DNA of 64,000 bases from Cycas panzhihuaensis (Eukaryota; Plantae; Cycadophyta): contig CM041465.1 in the NCBI GenBank assembly GCA_023213395.1, forward strand, positions 132,749,741 to 132,813,740. Direction: 5' to 3'. Under the pieces are notes generated by a model that did not search any database, was not told the origin of the DNA, and was given only the letters and a program-made list of their open reading frames with translations. Shown here in pieces: positions 41,128 through 56,300 of the stretch (position 1 is its first letter; each line of letters starts with the position of its first letter). The position numbers and the translations under genes were made by a program.

Positions 41128-41320
41128 TTACTCTTCAAATTACCATTTAGTAGACTCTTCTTTACTTGGTTCATGCATCTCAACTATTTTTTTTTCAAAT
41201 TGCTCATAAGTGAATTGTTCCTTTCTTAGTTCATGTATCTTAATTAACTCTTCTTTAAATTGCTTACAGGTGGATTATTCCTTGGTTTGTTCATTCACGT
41301 CAATCAATTTCTCTTCAATC
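41128..41320 (-). repeat. Degenerate 60-bp tandem repeat (about 3 copies), reads as a 20-aa acidic repeat
   Basis: GTTCAT and AAATT motifs recur every 60 nt; the - strand frame gives KEELIKIHELRKEQFTYEQFEKKIVEMHEPSKEES. Confidence 0.7.
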
Positions 41321-44019
41321 AGATTCCATATTCATTGCTCTACTATTTTTATTATTCCACTTGTTCATTTCTATACCACCACATGATCTCTAATGATGCA
41401 ATTAGTGTAAATTTAAATTCTCTTAGAAGTAATTGTCTTATTTGATCCAATTCTTCAATCATTACTTTAATGGTATTTGTAGCCTCTACAATTACTATCA
41501 AAAGTTGATGTAACAAATTTTAGGGCTTGTAGATAATGAGTAATAGTAGGCTAAAATTAAAACCCTTGTAACCTTAACAATTTTGATCTCAACTATTTTT
41601 ATCTAGATTTTTTGACCTTTTCTAGCAATGGGTTTAATAAGGCAAAATAGGTTGGTTTGTGTAATGTTCTTAGAAAATTTATACAAAGAATTCAAAATAG
41701 CTTAGGATAATTGTATTTTTAGATAAACTACAAGATACAACATACATTATGTATAGTATTTACGCAAAAGTAGAAAATAACATCATGTCAACACATTTCA
41801 TATCACACAAGTAACAAAAATAGAAATTTAAGTAAAACATAATTAAATAAGAAAGGTAGTTCCAAAGGACACAAGAAAAGAGAAAGACTAAGTAGGCATC
41901 ACATAATCAAGAAAAGTTAACTGGAATTTTGATTCATTAATATTATGAAGTATTCAAAAGGAGAAAGGAGAATGCACCTATTATTCCCTTAATTGCACAT
42001 TCAAGCTTGTGTACAAAACTTACAAGTTCTAAAGTCTTAGAGCTGAAAATATATCGAATAGCTAAACCTATAAAACTTACAAGCCCAATGGCTAGTAGTT
42101 TTAAGCTTTCCCTTTACAATGTCCTACCCCTACCATCTTGCCTTCTCTAGGAGGATGAAGAAAAATAAATAATAAGAAATAGAAGATGAAGAGTCAAAAT
42201 TCCAAAGAAAATGACTTCCCCTTTTTGGCCAAGTTTTCTTTTTCTGATTAGAGTCCAAAGATTAGAAATGGTATTGCATTGTTATATAACTTACTAAACT
42301 AGCATAATATTATCTTAGACATTCGCTGACAACTGTGTGAATCTTTCCCATGTCTTCCTTAAATTCCTCGGGCATTTTCACATTGATCAGCATCATGCGA
42401 GCCTCCACAAATTTGATTTTAGACTTAATTCTCTCCAAGACACTTTTATATACGTTCATTGTATATTCAAGGAATGTTATCTTCTCTATGTCCCCAAAAA
42501 GTGAGTTAGTTGGACCATAAAGAGAAGTATTCCCATCTATTGCCTCAACTCCATAATCTGATGTTGCCAAATATTGCTCTTTAGACTCTTCCTCAACTAA
42601 TTGAGGTAACTTACCTCTAACTTTGAGTTGCTCCAACTCTTCTATAATTTTTTTAATCAAGCTTTCAATTTCTCTCACTTTCTAAGAGATTTCTTCAATT
42701 TGATTAATGCCCATTTTAAGAGTCACTCTCCATTTTTCAAGGGTGGAAAGATAGTCAAATAAGGAATTAGCCAAAATTTCCCTCACCTCTCTCTATTGTA
42801 TGTCGAATACCCATCAAAATGATACTTCCTTGCTCTCAAGGGTTTGTAGGCAACTTCCATCTAGTTTTGAAGTTCTTATAGAATGGCAAAAGTTTCCCAA
42901 AATAAGTTTGCTAGTGCTTGCATATGGATTTTAAAGCCTTTACAGCTAGACTAGCTAGAACTTTTGTACTTTGCCCATCATCTTCTTCTACTGATGCTTT
43001 TTGTCACAGGGTTAAAACTCCAAAAGGTCTATATATTTCATTCTATTTATCCTATAGGTCTTCATATTTGGTTCTACATTGCTCAACTTCGACCTACAAA
43101 TTGATAGCATCTCCTTTTATCGTATGGATGGTATTTAGTTGGAGATTAATTCTCTTAATGAGATTGTGTTGTCCCATTGGTATGGAGGATTCTTATACAT
43201 CAAAATCGATTATATCTTTGTCATCACTTCCTTTGCTCTTTTCTTGGGAATGGCCCTAGAAATCTTGATCTTCTATCTTTTATCATGCCACATAAAGGTC
43301 GTGGCAAAGCTATCTTTCTCAGTAAAGGAAGGAAATTTTCCTTCATCTAAATCTTTAATCTTTTGCAGCATGCAAGGCTACAAAGGAAGAGAAATAGATT
43401 CAATCACTTGATTATTTGTGGAGACGATAGCCTTCCCGCATTCATGAACTTCTTATCTAGTTTTCATGTAAGATGGCTCTTCCATTGATGACATCATCAC
43501 TCTCTTTTCTCCATCCTTTGGATGCTTTCCTTTGAAAGTTAAGAATGAATATGCCATGATATGTATCACCTCTAGGGATACAATCTCTTGAACCTGACCT
43601 TCCTTGGGTGTCTCAACCCTCACCAAACAATCTACATCATCACCAACACTCATATCATTACTATCATTATTTTCATCTTCAGAACATGAAGGTACGAGAA
43701 GCAGAGTAGGCCAATATTACATTAATGTATTTATGCTTGAAAGTACATTACATTTTCGAATAAAGGGTGGTGTTGAAAAACACCAGGGAGGTATCCCCTT
43801 AATATTTATAATTTAGGGAGGCGGTAGACCGCCTCTACCCGACAAATCAAACAAATAAATAAAAATTAAATCAAATAAAGCAAATACATACCTTAGTTAG
43901 TTGGTAGACGGCTACATGGCAACTCTGGTGGGCACTAGGTGGTTTTTGGGGGCCTGAAGTGCATGTGCACACACTTCATAAATGGGCATTATCCCAATAT
44001 TCTCCCCCATAATGTCTAT

Positions 44020-47000
44020 TGTATAGAACTCCAAGTTTATCCCTAAATTTGTGAAATTTGATCTTTTCTAATGGCTTTGTGAATATATCTATTATTTGAT
44101 CTTCAATACTATAATATATCAACTCAATCTCACATGCTTGAACTAATTCTCGAATGAAATGGTCCTAAGTTTCGATATGCTTTGTTCTGTCATGAAATAT
44201 TGGTTTATATGTCATCTAAATAGTGCTTTGATTGTCATGCCAAATTTTAGTTGGACCTTTTTGTTCCATCTGAAAGTCTTATAGAAGTCATCGAAGCCAT
44301 ATTGTTTTACATGCGCTAGAGACTGTTGCTTTATATTATGCTTCTGCCATGGATAGGGAAATGGTATTCTATTTCTTAGTGCTCCAAGCTATGGATGTTG
44401 AACTTATACCGAAAGTGTAACTTGAAGTGAATTTCCTATTGTCGATGTCACCTACCCAATCTAAATCTGTATACCCTATCAATTTAAAATTCGGTGAAGA
44501 TTTATAATGTAACCCATATTTTGTCGTGCCTTTGAGATATCGTACGATCCTTTTTGTTGCTTGTCAATGAGTAGTCTTGGAGTCTTGCATAAATCTAGAT
44601 ACTATGTTGACTACATGCATGATATCTAGTCGTGTTGAAGTTAATTAAATCAAACTGTTAATTAATTGTCTATAAAGTGTAGGATCCACAGGTGTAGAAT
44701 AATCAAGTTTGGATATCTTGAACCCAACTTTAGCTAGAGTTAATAGAGGTTTGCAATCAATCATCTTGAACTTTTGAAGTAAGTCCAAGGTGTACTTCCT
44801 TTGATAATAAAGATACCATTTTTGTCTTACCATACTTCTAGACCTAAAAAGTAATGTATTAAACCCAAATCTATCATCTCAAATTCTTTACACATAGATT
44901 CTTTAAAGTTTTACAAAAGATGAGGGTCATTTCCAATGTAAACAAGGTCATCTGCATAGAGTCCCACAATTAGAATAGAGTCTCCCTTGATCTTAATATA
45001 CAAGTTTGGATTTGATTAAGACCTTTTGAAACCTTAATCTCTAAAATATTTGTCAATTTACGAATACCAAGCCCTAGACACTTGCTTTAATCCGTAGAGT
45101 GTCTTTTTAAGTTTATACACTTTGTCTTCTTCCCCCTTGACTTCAAAACCTAGGGGTTGAGAGACATAAATATCTTTTTCAATGTAGCCATTAAGAAATG
45201 TGCTTTTAACGTTCATTTGATAAACATCCCATCCCATTTATGTTACCAAGCTCATCATCATGTGAACAGTTTCCACACATGTAACAAGGGTAAATATTTC
45301 ACTATAATCGATACCTCCTCTTTGTGCATAGCCTTTTGTGACCAATTTAGCTTTATGTTTTTCAATTGATCCGTCAGATCAGAACTTAGTTTTGTAAACC
45401 CACTTGGTACCAATAGCCTTTTTATTGGGAGGGAAATCAATAAATTCCCAAGTATCATTTTTTTCCTATAAAATTATATTCTTCCTCCACTGCCTTTCTC
45501 CAAGTATCATGTGTATTGGCCTTGTCAAAAGTATGAGGCTCGTGGGTTTCCATAACTTGATTAATGAGGGCAAAACTCACCCTATGTGCTTGAGTAGATC
45601 TTCGATTATAATTATTGTCTAAGATGTTATCCATATCATGGTTTCTTTGAAACCATTTTGGTAATCTTTATGGTGGAGGTTGAGAAAAGGTTCCCTCCCC
45701 ACTTGATATATCAATGGTTTGTCTTGATTCGTGCCTAGGTGGCACATATTTGGACTTAGTGGTAGAATCAGGATTTATCATCACACCATTCCCTTTGTTT
45801 TGAGCATCATCAATATGGTAATAATCATCTTCTTGGAATTTAACATCTCTACTCACCATGACCTTTCGAGATTTAGGATCATAAACCTTGTAAGATTTGG
45901 AGATATCACTGTACCTAATGAATATGCATTTGATGCTATGATCATCTAACTTAGATCTTCTTTGTTCAAGTACATGCACATAGGCTAAGCATTCAAAAAC
46001 TCGTAAGTGGTGGATATTAAGTTTGTATCTAGTCCAAGCTTCTTCAGGAGTCTTCCACCTTAGTACTTTCATTGTACACCTATTAATTAAATAAACAATT
46101 ATGTGAATGGCTTTAGCCCAAAATTCATGTCCTAATATTTTGTCCTTTAACATATACCTAGCCATCTTGACTATAGTATGGTTCTTTCTTTTAGCTACAC
46201 CATTTTGCTAGGGGGTGTAAGGATTTGTATGCTATCTCCTTATTTCATGAGAAGCACAATAGGCTTTAAACTCATTTGAGATGAACTCTCCCCGTTATCT
46301 AATCTTAAGGAGAGATTTTGTATCCACTTTGTCTTTCCACATAGGTTTTGAAGTCGGCAACATGTTAAAATGCATTTAATTTAAATTTTAGGAAATAAAC
46401 CCAATTTTTTCTTACAAAATCATCAATGAATATGATAAAATATCTAGCTCCTGCTAATGAGGGAACTTCGATGGGACCGTAAATATCTGTGTATACTAGT
46501 TGGAGAGGTCCATTGGCTCTATAATTGTTATCTGGAAAGCTTTATTTATATTGTTTTCTAAGGATGCATCCTTCATAAATATTTCTATCTACTTCAATGT
46601 GTGGTAACCCATCAACTATATCCATCTTCTTCATTAGTGCTAGACTACTGTAACTCAAGTGGCCAAATCTCTTATGCTACATATTGTTGTCAAGCTTTAT
46701 TGATGTTTTCAAAGCATAAGTATCAGAAGGAGTAAGGACTAGTTTGAAAAGTCTGTCCTTAATCATTTTGCCCTTGGTAACTACCGCTTTGTTCCTTCTT
46801 TTATCTTTAATAATGCATTCTCTATTGTCAAATATTACTTTGTAATCTTGGCCCATCATCTGTCCTATAGATAGAAGGTTCTTCTTAAGGGCTAGCACAT
46901 AAAGTACATCATCAAGATAATGTGTCTCCTGATTCTATTTGGAGCATAACATTATCTCTTCTAATAGACTCATGAGAGGTGTTATCACCAAATATAATGG

Positions 47001-48253
47001 ACCAGTTTTTTGTTCTGTCTATAGTTCTAAATATATGTTGTTTATGAACATGTGGGTGGAGCAACCTGAATCAATATACCAACTATCATGTTCGTCTTCA
47101 TGGGTAATGAAGCTAGATAGAAAGAGATGACTATTTTTCCTTGCTTCCATAACTGTATTAGCACTTTTCGTATTTGGTGGACCATGTTTGACAAAGCATT
47201 TGTCTTCCGCATGGCCAATGCAATTACAAAATATACAATAAGGTGAATCTCTTCTTTCAAAACTAAGGCTTCTGCTACAAGGATAAGACCTATCAATGTG
47301 AGATGGTCCACCTCTTCCCATGAATGGTGTTTGATTATCCCTTTGTCTATTATTGGGATAATTAGAATTGGTCTTTTGAGGTTGCATGTGCCCTTGATAA
47401 TTTGGACAACATTGATTTATCCCATGATTCCTTTCTTAACTTGGATATTTATTGTGGCTAGCATTCCTTTGATCAGCTCCTTGTCTTCTTTTATATGAAA
47501 CTTGATATTTTGGTTGCCTTTCTTGGTGCATCTCCTGTTTAGGGTGTTTATTTCTCCCTTTTGGAGATTGGTCCCTAGATTTGGAGGTACCTGCTTGAGG
47601 ATTGGATTGTATTCTTACTTTAGTAGTAAAAGCGTATTTGAGTGATTCATTGGTATTCTGTTGTTCCTCTACTGCCATCAAGAGGGTACTTAGTTGCTTT
47701 GTTTTTAATACACTCAAGTCTTTTGACACTCTAATACTAATAGCCGCCATTTTAAATATTTTCACAGCACTGACACACCTTAAGATTCATTCAACTACTC
47801 TTTGTTCAGCTAATATGTCCCCAAGTGATCTCATTTGATTGACTATATCTTGCACCTTTTTTATAAAACTAGTTACAGATTTATTTGGCATCATCCTAAG
47901 ATTTTCGAATTTGCTTCTTAGGGTCTGCAATTTTGATGAAGCAACCCTTTCATAAATTAGTTGTAAAGTATCCCAAGCCTCTTTGGATGTTACTGATTCA
48001 CTGACTCTATGAAATATATATGGTCTTCAAGTGCACAGAATATCAGCGCAAGTACCACATTATCTTTTTTAACATTTTGTTTGTAAGCTAGCTTCTTAAA
48101 ATCTATTAGATTTTGCCCTAATTCGGTATACCGTGTTCTCACAATATCCCACATTTCATTAGCTATGAGAATGGGTCTCATCCTCTTACCCTAATTTAGA
48201 AAATTGGAACCATCAAATTTAGAGATAATCATATTACCAAAGCCGGCTGCCAT
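44020..48253 (-). pseudogene. Disrupted copia gag-pol
   Basis: ATG at 48253 (MAAGFGNMIISKFDGSNF). Zn knuckle CIFCNCIGHAEDKC and WYIDSGCSTHM (47019-47387); integrase 45668-46165; RT/RH remnants 44020-45460. Confidence 0.92.
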
Positions 48254-48380
48254 TGTTACTCAACTAGGTTTTTTATAAGTCCTTTTGATAAAAATGCCCT
48301 TAAAGATATAATTGTCCCAATAAGGTTTGAAAAATATCCTAAAGATGAGGTCTCATAATTTTCCCAAAATGTTTAATAAG

Positions 48381-48820
48381 TGTCATAGTCCCTACAAAGG
48401 TTTCTAGTCTGTAAGTTTAAGTGTCTCCAAAGAAAGCCTTTGGTTGTTATCATGTCTAATGGCGCCTACCCACAGGTGGCAAACCAGGGACCTAATATAC
48501 CGGTACGTGAGCTCTTGGTTAGATATGCCTCAATACATAGGCTACTAAGAAGGTGCTAAGACCCCTATGATTTGTGTATCCACTTACGTCAGTCTTATGC
48601 CTAGCGATAGATCTAGCGGTGATGGCTTTGCTAACCAAGGTACTCACACTCTCCAGGTCTAGCCTTGATCTCGAAACTCCAGAAAATGATAGGTTCTACA
48701 CCTCAACCTACCACCTAATACAATTGATAGCCAATGATGTTTCTCATCTAATATGAGTAGGGAAAAGGCTTATGTGTGGTGATAATTTCAGTGGTTTTAA
48801 TCGTTCCCCTTGCAAGACTA
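48381..48820 (-). promoter_or_regulatory. Conserved structured non-coding leader module upstream of gag (copia-2)
   Basis: Colinear with 32041-32480. Confidence 0.6.
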
Positions 48821-51800
48821 GAAAGAATGATGGTTGATTCGAGTGATGATCTTTTTTAATGTAAGAAAAAATTAGTATTAAATGTGGTCTTGCTTAGAAA
48901 TGAAGGATTCCTTTTAAGCTTAAGAAATAAAATAACTTGAAATAAACAAGTCTAAATACATTTTCAAATGAAAAGATAATCAATGCTTTTGATTCAATTC
49001 ACTATGGGAAATAATTAAAAAAAAAAAAAAATGTTTCATTTCAATGAAACAATAAGAATGCAAGTATGAAACTTTTATCTTTCAATATGAAAACTCCTTA
49101 AATAATAATGTAAACAACTTGCTTGGAAAGAAAGTAAGCTAAAAGATATATAATCCTTACTGAAAATATAACTTAACAATAAAATAAGATGAAAATCTTT
49201 CTTATGCAACTATTAAGTTTTAAGTTGAAGAAGCTCCTTGAAAATGTAATTTAAATAGCTTTCAATAAGACTATATGCACTTTCAATGAAAATATATTCA
49301 ATAAATCAATAAGAAGTTATAAGCAAAATGAATCAAGGAGATGAATATTTTAATCTTCAAATACCTTTCTAACAAGATAACTAAACAATCTTTAAAACCA
49401 ATAAGATTTTTGAAATGAGAACCAAACTTGTAATCCTTTTTCAACAATTATGAATATTCATAGTTTTAAAATGAAAGACTATGTATGTAAAGATACAATG
49501 ATTATACTTGAATGAATATGAGCCTTAAAGTTTAAAAGAACCAAAACAATAACTTGTAACTATGCAATAATGTACTTATGAAGCTTCAAGAAGTATGAAG
49601 GCCTTAAGGCAAAAAAAAGTTCCTTTAACTTATGAATTAATGAGCTCAAAATACATGAACTTGCTAGTAAAAGTTTCTATATGTAATATAGGTGAAATGA
49701 ATGAGAGATGTTTTGTAGATTCTCATATAAACTAGATGCACTCTTTGAAGTATTCAAGAAGGCAAATGACCTTAAATAGGTAAAGAATACTCAAAGAAAC
49801 TTATAAAATGCTCAAATAAATCACTTAGATTCAATTCTAGATGTGAAAGAAAGAAATAATATGGTAAAAGGTACTCGTTTGTTGTTTTTAATATGAATAG
49901 AGCTCCTATTACTCTAGAAGCCAAAAAAGATACTAAAAGGCTGCAAAACAACTTGTAAGTTTTATAAACACTAGCAAATACCGTCAATAATCAATTAGTA
50001 TGCAAATATGAATCAAAGATATTCAGTTAAAAAGTAAATTTGACTCAAAATATCTCAAATAATGTCTAATTAGGACTGAAACAAAGCTTTAACTTTAGGA
50101 ATTTCAATAACCTACAAAACGATGTCAAAATACAACAAAACTTGTTTTGATACGTAGAGCACTGAAAAACATTTCCAACAGTCTTGACGATTTGAAAATT
50201 AGTGCTGCAGAATTTAAGTTATTAAATAAATGATGCAAAGACCTTTTTGTGGCTAATGAATTAAGAGTAATAAATAAATGTCAACTTTGACTTGATCAAA
50301 CTCTGCAAAAAATGACTCAAATCAGGCGAAAAATGATTATAGGTTATAGAAACCTGAGTAAAAAATCCAACAAATATAGTGCTTCATGAATCTGACCTTC
50401 TAGCGTAGAGATATAGTAGAAAAACAAGCAGTACTCCTTCAGGCAAAAAAATAAAAAACAAAAAACAAAGATTACGCTTTTAGCCCTTTTTGTAATAGGC
50501 CCTTGGTCACGTGAAAAACTCACAGAACCGGTAGCTATAGTCCCAAGGGGGCCTCAGATTTCAAAATTTATCAAATATTGAATATAATTTTTGATAAATA
50601 AAAAAGTTTCAAATCAATTTATAATATTTGAAGTCTGCCAAAAAGTCAAGGTCATATGAGAGCAATGTGACTGGAGCCAGTGTGCGAAGGGGGCTAGGGT
50701 CAAAATCGATCACTCGAATTTCAAAAGCAATTACAATTTGATTTAATCAAATCAAACCTCAGTAAAAAAAAATAAGATTTTTCAGTAAAAAATAGACGGC
50801 CGTGAATGTCGCACGAACAACAACGATTTTATCACGTTGAAATCGATCAAAACATGCTTAAGATCGATTGAAATCGATCAGAGGAGGTTGCCAGATGATC
50901 TGTAATGGAGGATCGATAAAAAACTTTCAAAAAATTTGATTTTGATATGTAAAAATTGCAAAAAATCCCGTTGACGCAGTCACACGGCCGTACAGAGAAG
51001 AATGACAAATCAACAGGGAACAAAATGATCCCAGAAACATGATCTGACCAGACATAAGTCCCTTAGGCAGCTCACAGTGAGCATACAAAGAGAAAACACA
51101 AAAAGAAATGATTTAAAAATTTGATTTTGGGCTCATGCAGGCTGTGGAGGGCGCGGGAGTTGTAGAAGTCCTACGGCCAACACGGGGTATGCATGGGCTT
51201 ACAATAGCCTCAACTAACCCAAAGTAGGCCTACTACCAAGTTTCAGGTAGATCTAGTGAGAAATAGAGCCAATACAAACAATTTACACTTTGGTGCCTAT
51301 GGTTTCAACAGATAGTGAGATAGACTGAGCTTCCGAGAGCTATAACTCACCGTAAGAGCGACGGTTTTTTTAACTGTCTTCTCTAGTGCATAGAGGATTT
51401 AGAGAGGAGTCCAACTAGTGGTCACTTGACATAGTTCTGAGCAATGTGGAGATTGCACCAAGCTACCAAAGTTCAGGTATGTGGTAAAACTTTGAAAAAA
51501 TAGTGAAAATGATTAAAAAATTGTAAAATATCGTACAAAACCTCAATATAATTACACCAAATAATTGTTGGGATGAATACACATGCTATTACTGCAAAAA
51601 TCTAAAGAAATAGTGATTAAATGGAGTATAAGTATAAAAAATAGGTAAATATTTAATAAAACTATACAAAAAATATAATAAACTTTATAAAAAGTGATTA
51701 AATATCAAATATTTGCTTGTTGTGAGAGAGAATCGACGCTTTGATACCAAATGAAGGTGCGAGGAGTAGAGCAAGCCAATATTACATTAATATATCCATG

Positions 51801-53391
51801 ATTGAAAGTACATTACAGTTTTGAATAAAGGGCAGTGTTGAAAAACACTAGGGAGGTATCCCCTTAATATTGATAATTTGGGGAGGCGATGGACTGCTTC
51901 TACCTAACAAATCAAACAAATAATTAGAAATTAAATAAAATAAAGCAAATATATACCTTAGTCGACTTGTAGATAGTGGTTGCATGGCAACTCTAGTGGG
52001 CTCTAGGTGGCTTTTGGGGGCCTGAGGTGCATGTGTACACACTTCACAAATGGGCATTATCCCAACAGAACCTACAATGAAGGGAGGTGTAAAATATCCC
52101 TTATGATGAGCTGCAAGTTGTTGATTAACTTTCAAGACTCCTTTATATAATATACTAAAGCTTGGTGGACCTTAGAGGGCATTCTCATGCTTCTCAAATG
52201 TGCTACCATCGACCCATCATGGTCATAAAAACGTTCACTTGTTCTTTTAAACCAAAAGTCTTATATTTCATTGCCATATTTATTTACAAATGACCAAGAG
52301 TCCATGTTATTTTCTCCAATAATTAATGGGAGCTTTTGGAAATTAGTCATTTTGAACAGGTTCAAAAAATATCTAATAGATGATAATTGTCTACAAATTG
52401 CAAATACACAAAGCCTTTCCTTAAGGTGCTTAGGTAGTAAAGAGGCCCCACCATCATATTCATGAAGCCAGGTTATATTGTACTATTGGTTCAAGTAAAA
52501 ATCACCATTTTGATGATCTCCCTCTCCCACTAGCCAATTTCAAACAATGTTAAGGATCCAATCATTAAACCTTATCCCAATATATAAGTCAATTTTATGG
52601 ATAAAATCATCTGCTACTATGAAGTAACACTTTTTACTTACATCTCCTTATCTTTGGATACCAAAAACTTATGGGATTCATTGTTTGATAATTTTCTCCA
52701 ATTTGAGGAAATATCTTTCAAAAGTCAATGGTGCTAACGATTACACCCAAAAGATAAGTTGTCATGTAAAAATTACCTCTAGAATTGACTCTCTAAAGTT
52801 GTTTAATTATTGATCCACTTATAATCTTAGCCCAATTAAATACGTGTTTACTAGAGAGAAGCAAAATCATGAACTATGCAGTGAATTGATCCAAATGGAC
52901 ATTACTTTCTTTACCCATTACCTTGGTTAGTAAATACATTCCAATCTTCCTACTACATCTCAAAGACTTAACAAGATATGTTCGTTCATTTGAGACAACT
53001 TGTGCCTTTTTTTTCCATCTAGGAATAAATGGTTCTATCTAATGAATCATTCTCTTTTATGGATCGCCTTGCCTCCTTTGGTTGGAGTTCCATATTTGGC
53101 TCCAAAAGGCACTGGATCTTTTGAAAATGCTTAGGGGTAAGGAGGCAAAAGGGATTGACATTCCTATTGAATATTATATGTTTACTTCTGTCAAGTACAA
53201 AGCACACTATTTAATAATATTACAAGCATGCATTATTTCTACTGCACATCTTGTCTGCAATAACCCACATGTCCTCAACTTGTCCGCAGATGAGCTATTC
53301 TCTTCATAGACTTACTCAAGTCTATTTTAAGTATATCCTGCATATCTGCAATAACCTGTACATGAGGGTTGGAAATTAGCTACACTTTTTC

Positions 53392-56300
53392 TGTAGCATT
53401 CCTAAATATGGTCATAAATATAGCTTATGACCATTCAAATCAAAGGTCTCTAAACGACGATTCCAACGATCCAGACGAAAGTTAATTCTGACATCTGTAT
53501 CAAAAGTTATGACCATTTAAAGTTGGCCTGCCAGTTTTTGGAGAAGTCCTGGCCGACTTCTATTGGTGCAGTATTAAGAATAATATCATCTTTTCTGACC
53601 GACTTGTATTGCTATCCGTTGGCCGCCTATATAAGGAGGATTTGCGGCCTCATTTGATCATCATCGAAGAAGTCTTGGACTGCAATATTTTCGACCCTTT
53701 TGAGGAGCTTGTGGAGGGAACCTCGCCTCGAAGAGGGATTCTTTATCGTCAGTAATTTACGGGATCTTTTGGTAACGTTGTATCTATTACTTTAGATTCA
53801 TTTCATACCATTTTATATTTGTATTCAAGTGGATTTGTATTATTGCTCTCTTGATTGGATATTTTGCAAGTACATTTGGTGGATATTTTGTCTATTTCTA
53901 TAAAATATGTTAGAAGAATTCTGTGAGGTTGCTACAAGTGGTATCAGAGCTTCGTTCGAAGCGGGTATTTAGCGTGTCTCTGCAAGAAATATCTGAGAAA
54001 CTTTTTCAATAGAACGGAGTTAAGGTCAGGAAAAACCACAATAGGAAAAATGGTGCTCCAAGCCTCCCAGGGAATCGAGGACGTGTCAAAAAGGGTGGAC
54101 CATTTGGACAGTAGTATTGCACTAATGCAAACCCAGTACAAGGAATTGAAATCGAATATACAAGAAATTCGTGATATTCTGTTGGCTCCAAAAAAAGATT
54201 TTGGATTTCAAAGTAGAGATAAAGAAGAGGAGCAGAGCCAAGAAGAAGGGGAATACTCAGGAGATCAGGTTGGGCTTGATCTTAAGGGAACTAAATTTCA
54301 GCTAGAAAAGTTTGACCCAGATAGATCCCGAGATATTCGTAGTTGGGTGATGCAGATGGAGGTCTACTTCAAAACCACCCCTTTAACCAATAAAGAAAAA
54401 TTGGTGGTGGCAGCATTGCACTTATACGGAAAAGCCTTACAATTTTTTCATTGGTGGCAAAGAAATTATGAGGGAACAATCCACTACAATTGGATTTTTA
54501 AGAAGTCTCTATTCCAAAGAATATGAAGATACAACGAAAAGATTATTTCGCCAAATTTTACTAGGTTACAACAGTGCTCAGACGGTACAATCTTATCTTG
54601 AGCAGCCCAAGCAATCGCATAGTATGGTGGATGCCCATATTAGTGAACCTCAAATCGTAGAAGTATACATAGCAGGTCTTCGAGGTAATATCAGGCATCG
54701 ACTAAAGACCATGGAAGTGAGCTTCCTGACCGATGCCATACGCCATGCCAGGAACATTGAAGCAGAATTTAGAGAAGGAAGACAAAGTTTCGTTCGACGA
54801 ACCGAAGTTTGAAAGACCTCCTAGCCAAAGAATTTAAACCAAATTGGACACAATCGGAACTAAAGTGAGTGCTCCTACGGGGGAGAAAAAAGATGAACAA
54901 ATGTCAAGAGCAGAACACATCAAGAATGGAACATGTTTTCGTTGTGGAGGAAAGTATAATCGGGAACATATATGCCCTCCTAAGAAAATGTTCATGATGA
55001 ATAATGAGAAAGACCCTCTCCCGGATCAAACTATGGATGAAATTACAGAAGAGGAAGCATTGGTCCAAGAAGACGAGGCCCAGATAGAATAGTTATTGAA
55101 TACAAACCTGCATAATATTCGGATATCACTTCAAGCCATCACTTAGAGACGCCAAGACACCGCAAAACATTGAGATTTCGAGGGTTAATAAAAAATGCAG
55201 AGGTTTCCATTTTGGTAGATAGTGGTAGTACACACAATTTCATAAATCGCCCTCTGCGTAAAAGTTAGGTCTCATAGTACAACCACTCAATATATTCCAA
55301 GTGGCAATAGCAAATGGTAGGACTATGCCTTGTGGTGGTTATTGCCAACAAGTAAGCTTACGATTGCAGTACTCAACCACATCTTGCATGTTTGCCATGC
55401 CTATTGGGTTGACGTGGTTCTAGGAGTACAATGGCTTCAAACCTTGAGAAATATTGTTACCATCTTCTGGACGCGGTTTATGTGTTTTCACCAAAGGGAC
55501 GTAAGTACAAGCTAGAGGCTCCGACATTCCTCCAAAGATCATCTCAACAGATGGAAAAGATACTTCAAAAAAATCCCACTTCGCTCATGATTTCCTGTTA
55601 TAAGATAGCAGCAGAAGAAGTTCCCATAGAGGTATAAGAACTAATTGACCAATATAGTAAGGTTTTGAGGAACTACCACCTAACTTCCTCCTAGTCGTGG
55701 ATATGAGCATGCGATTGATTTGGTTCCTCAATCGGCCCTTAATATCGTGCCATATAGGCACCCATTCCATCATAAACAAGAGATTGAACACATCACTCAA
55801 GATCTTCTCCAACAAGGAATCATCGTCCCAAGTAGTAGTCCCTTTGCATCTCCGGTTATAATTGCACGAAAGAAAGATGGATCATATCGTATGTGTGGAG
55901 ATTATCTGCTCTCAATAAATTAACGATCAAGAATAGATACCCGATTCCTCGTATCGATGACCTTTTGGATGAACTTCATGGAGCAAAGTTCTTCTCAAAA
56001 TTGATCTACGCTCAGGATACTATCGATTCGCATCAAAGAGGAAGACACACATAAGACTTTCCGACACACCTAAGGGCTATTCAATTTCGTGTTATGCCTT
56101 TTGGGTGACGAATGCCCTCGCAACATTTCAAAATATGATGAACCGGATCCTCGAGTATATTCAAATTTTTGTGCTAGTTTTTTGATGATATTCTAATCTA
56201 TAGCCGCTTCTTGGCGGAGCATCTCCAACACATACAGATCATCCTCCAATTATTACAAAACCAACAATTGTTCGCGAACAAAAAGAAATGTACATTTGGG

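Larger units (their letters stand above)
43687..52067 (-). mobile_element. Full-length decayed Ty1/copia LTR retrotransposon with ~3.5-kb 5' leader (copia-2, sister family of copia-1)
   Basis: LTRs 43687-43999 and 51752-52067. TSD GAACA/GAACC (4 of 5 match). PBS rev. GCTTTGATACCA at 51738-51749; PPT rev. TTCTCCCCCA at 44000-44009. Confidence 0.95.
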
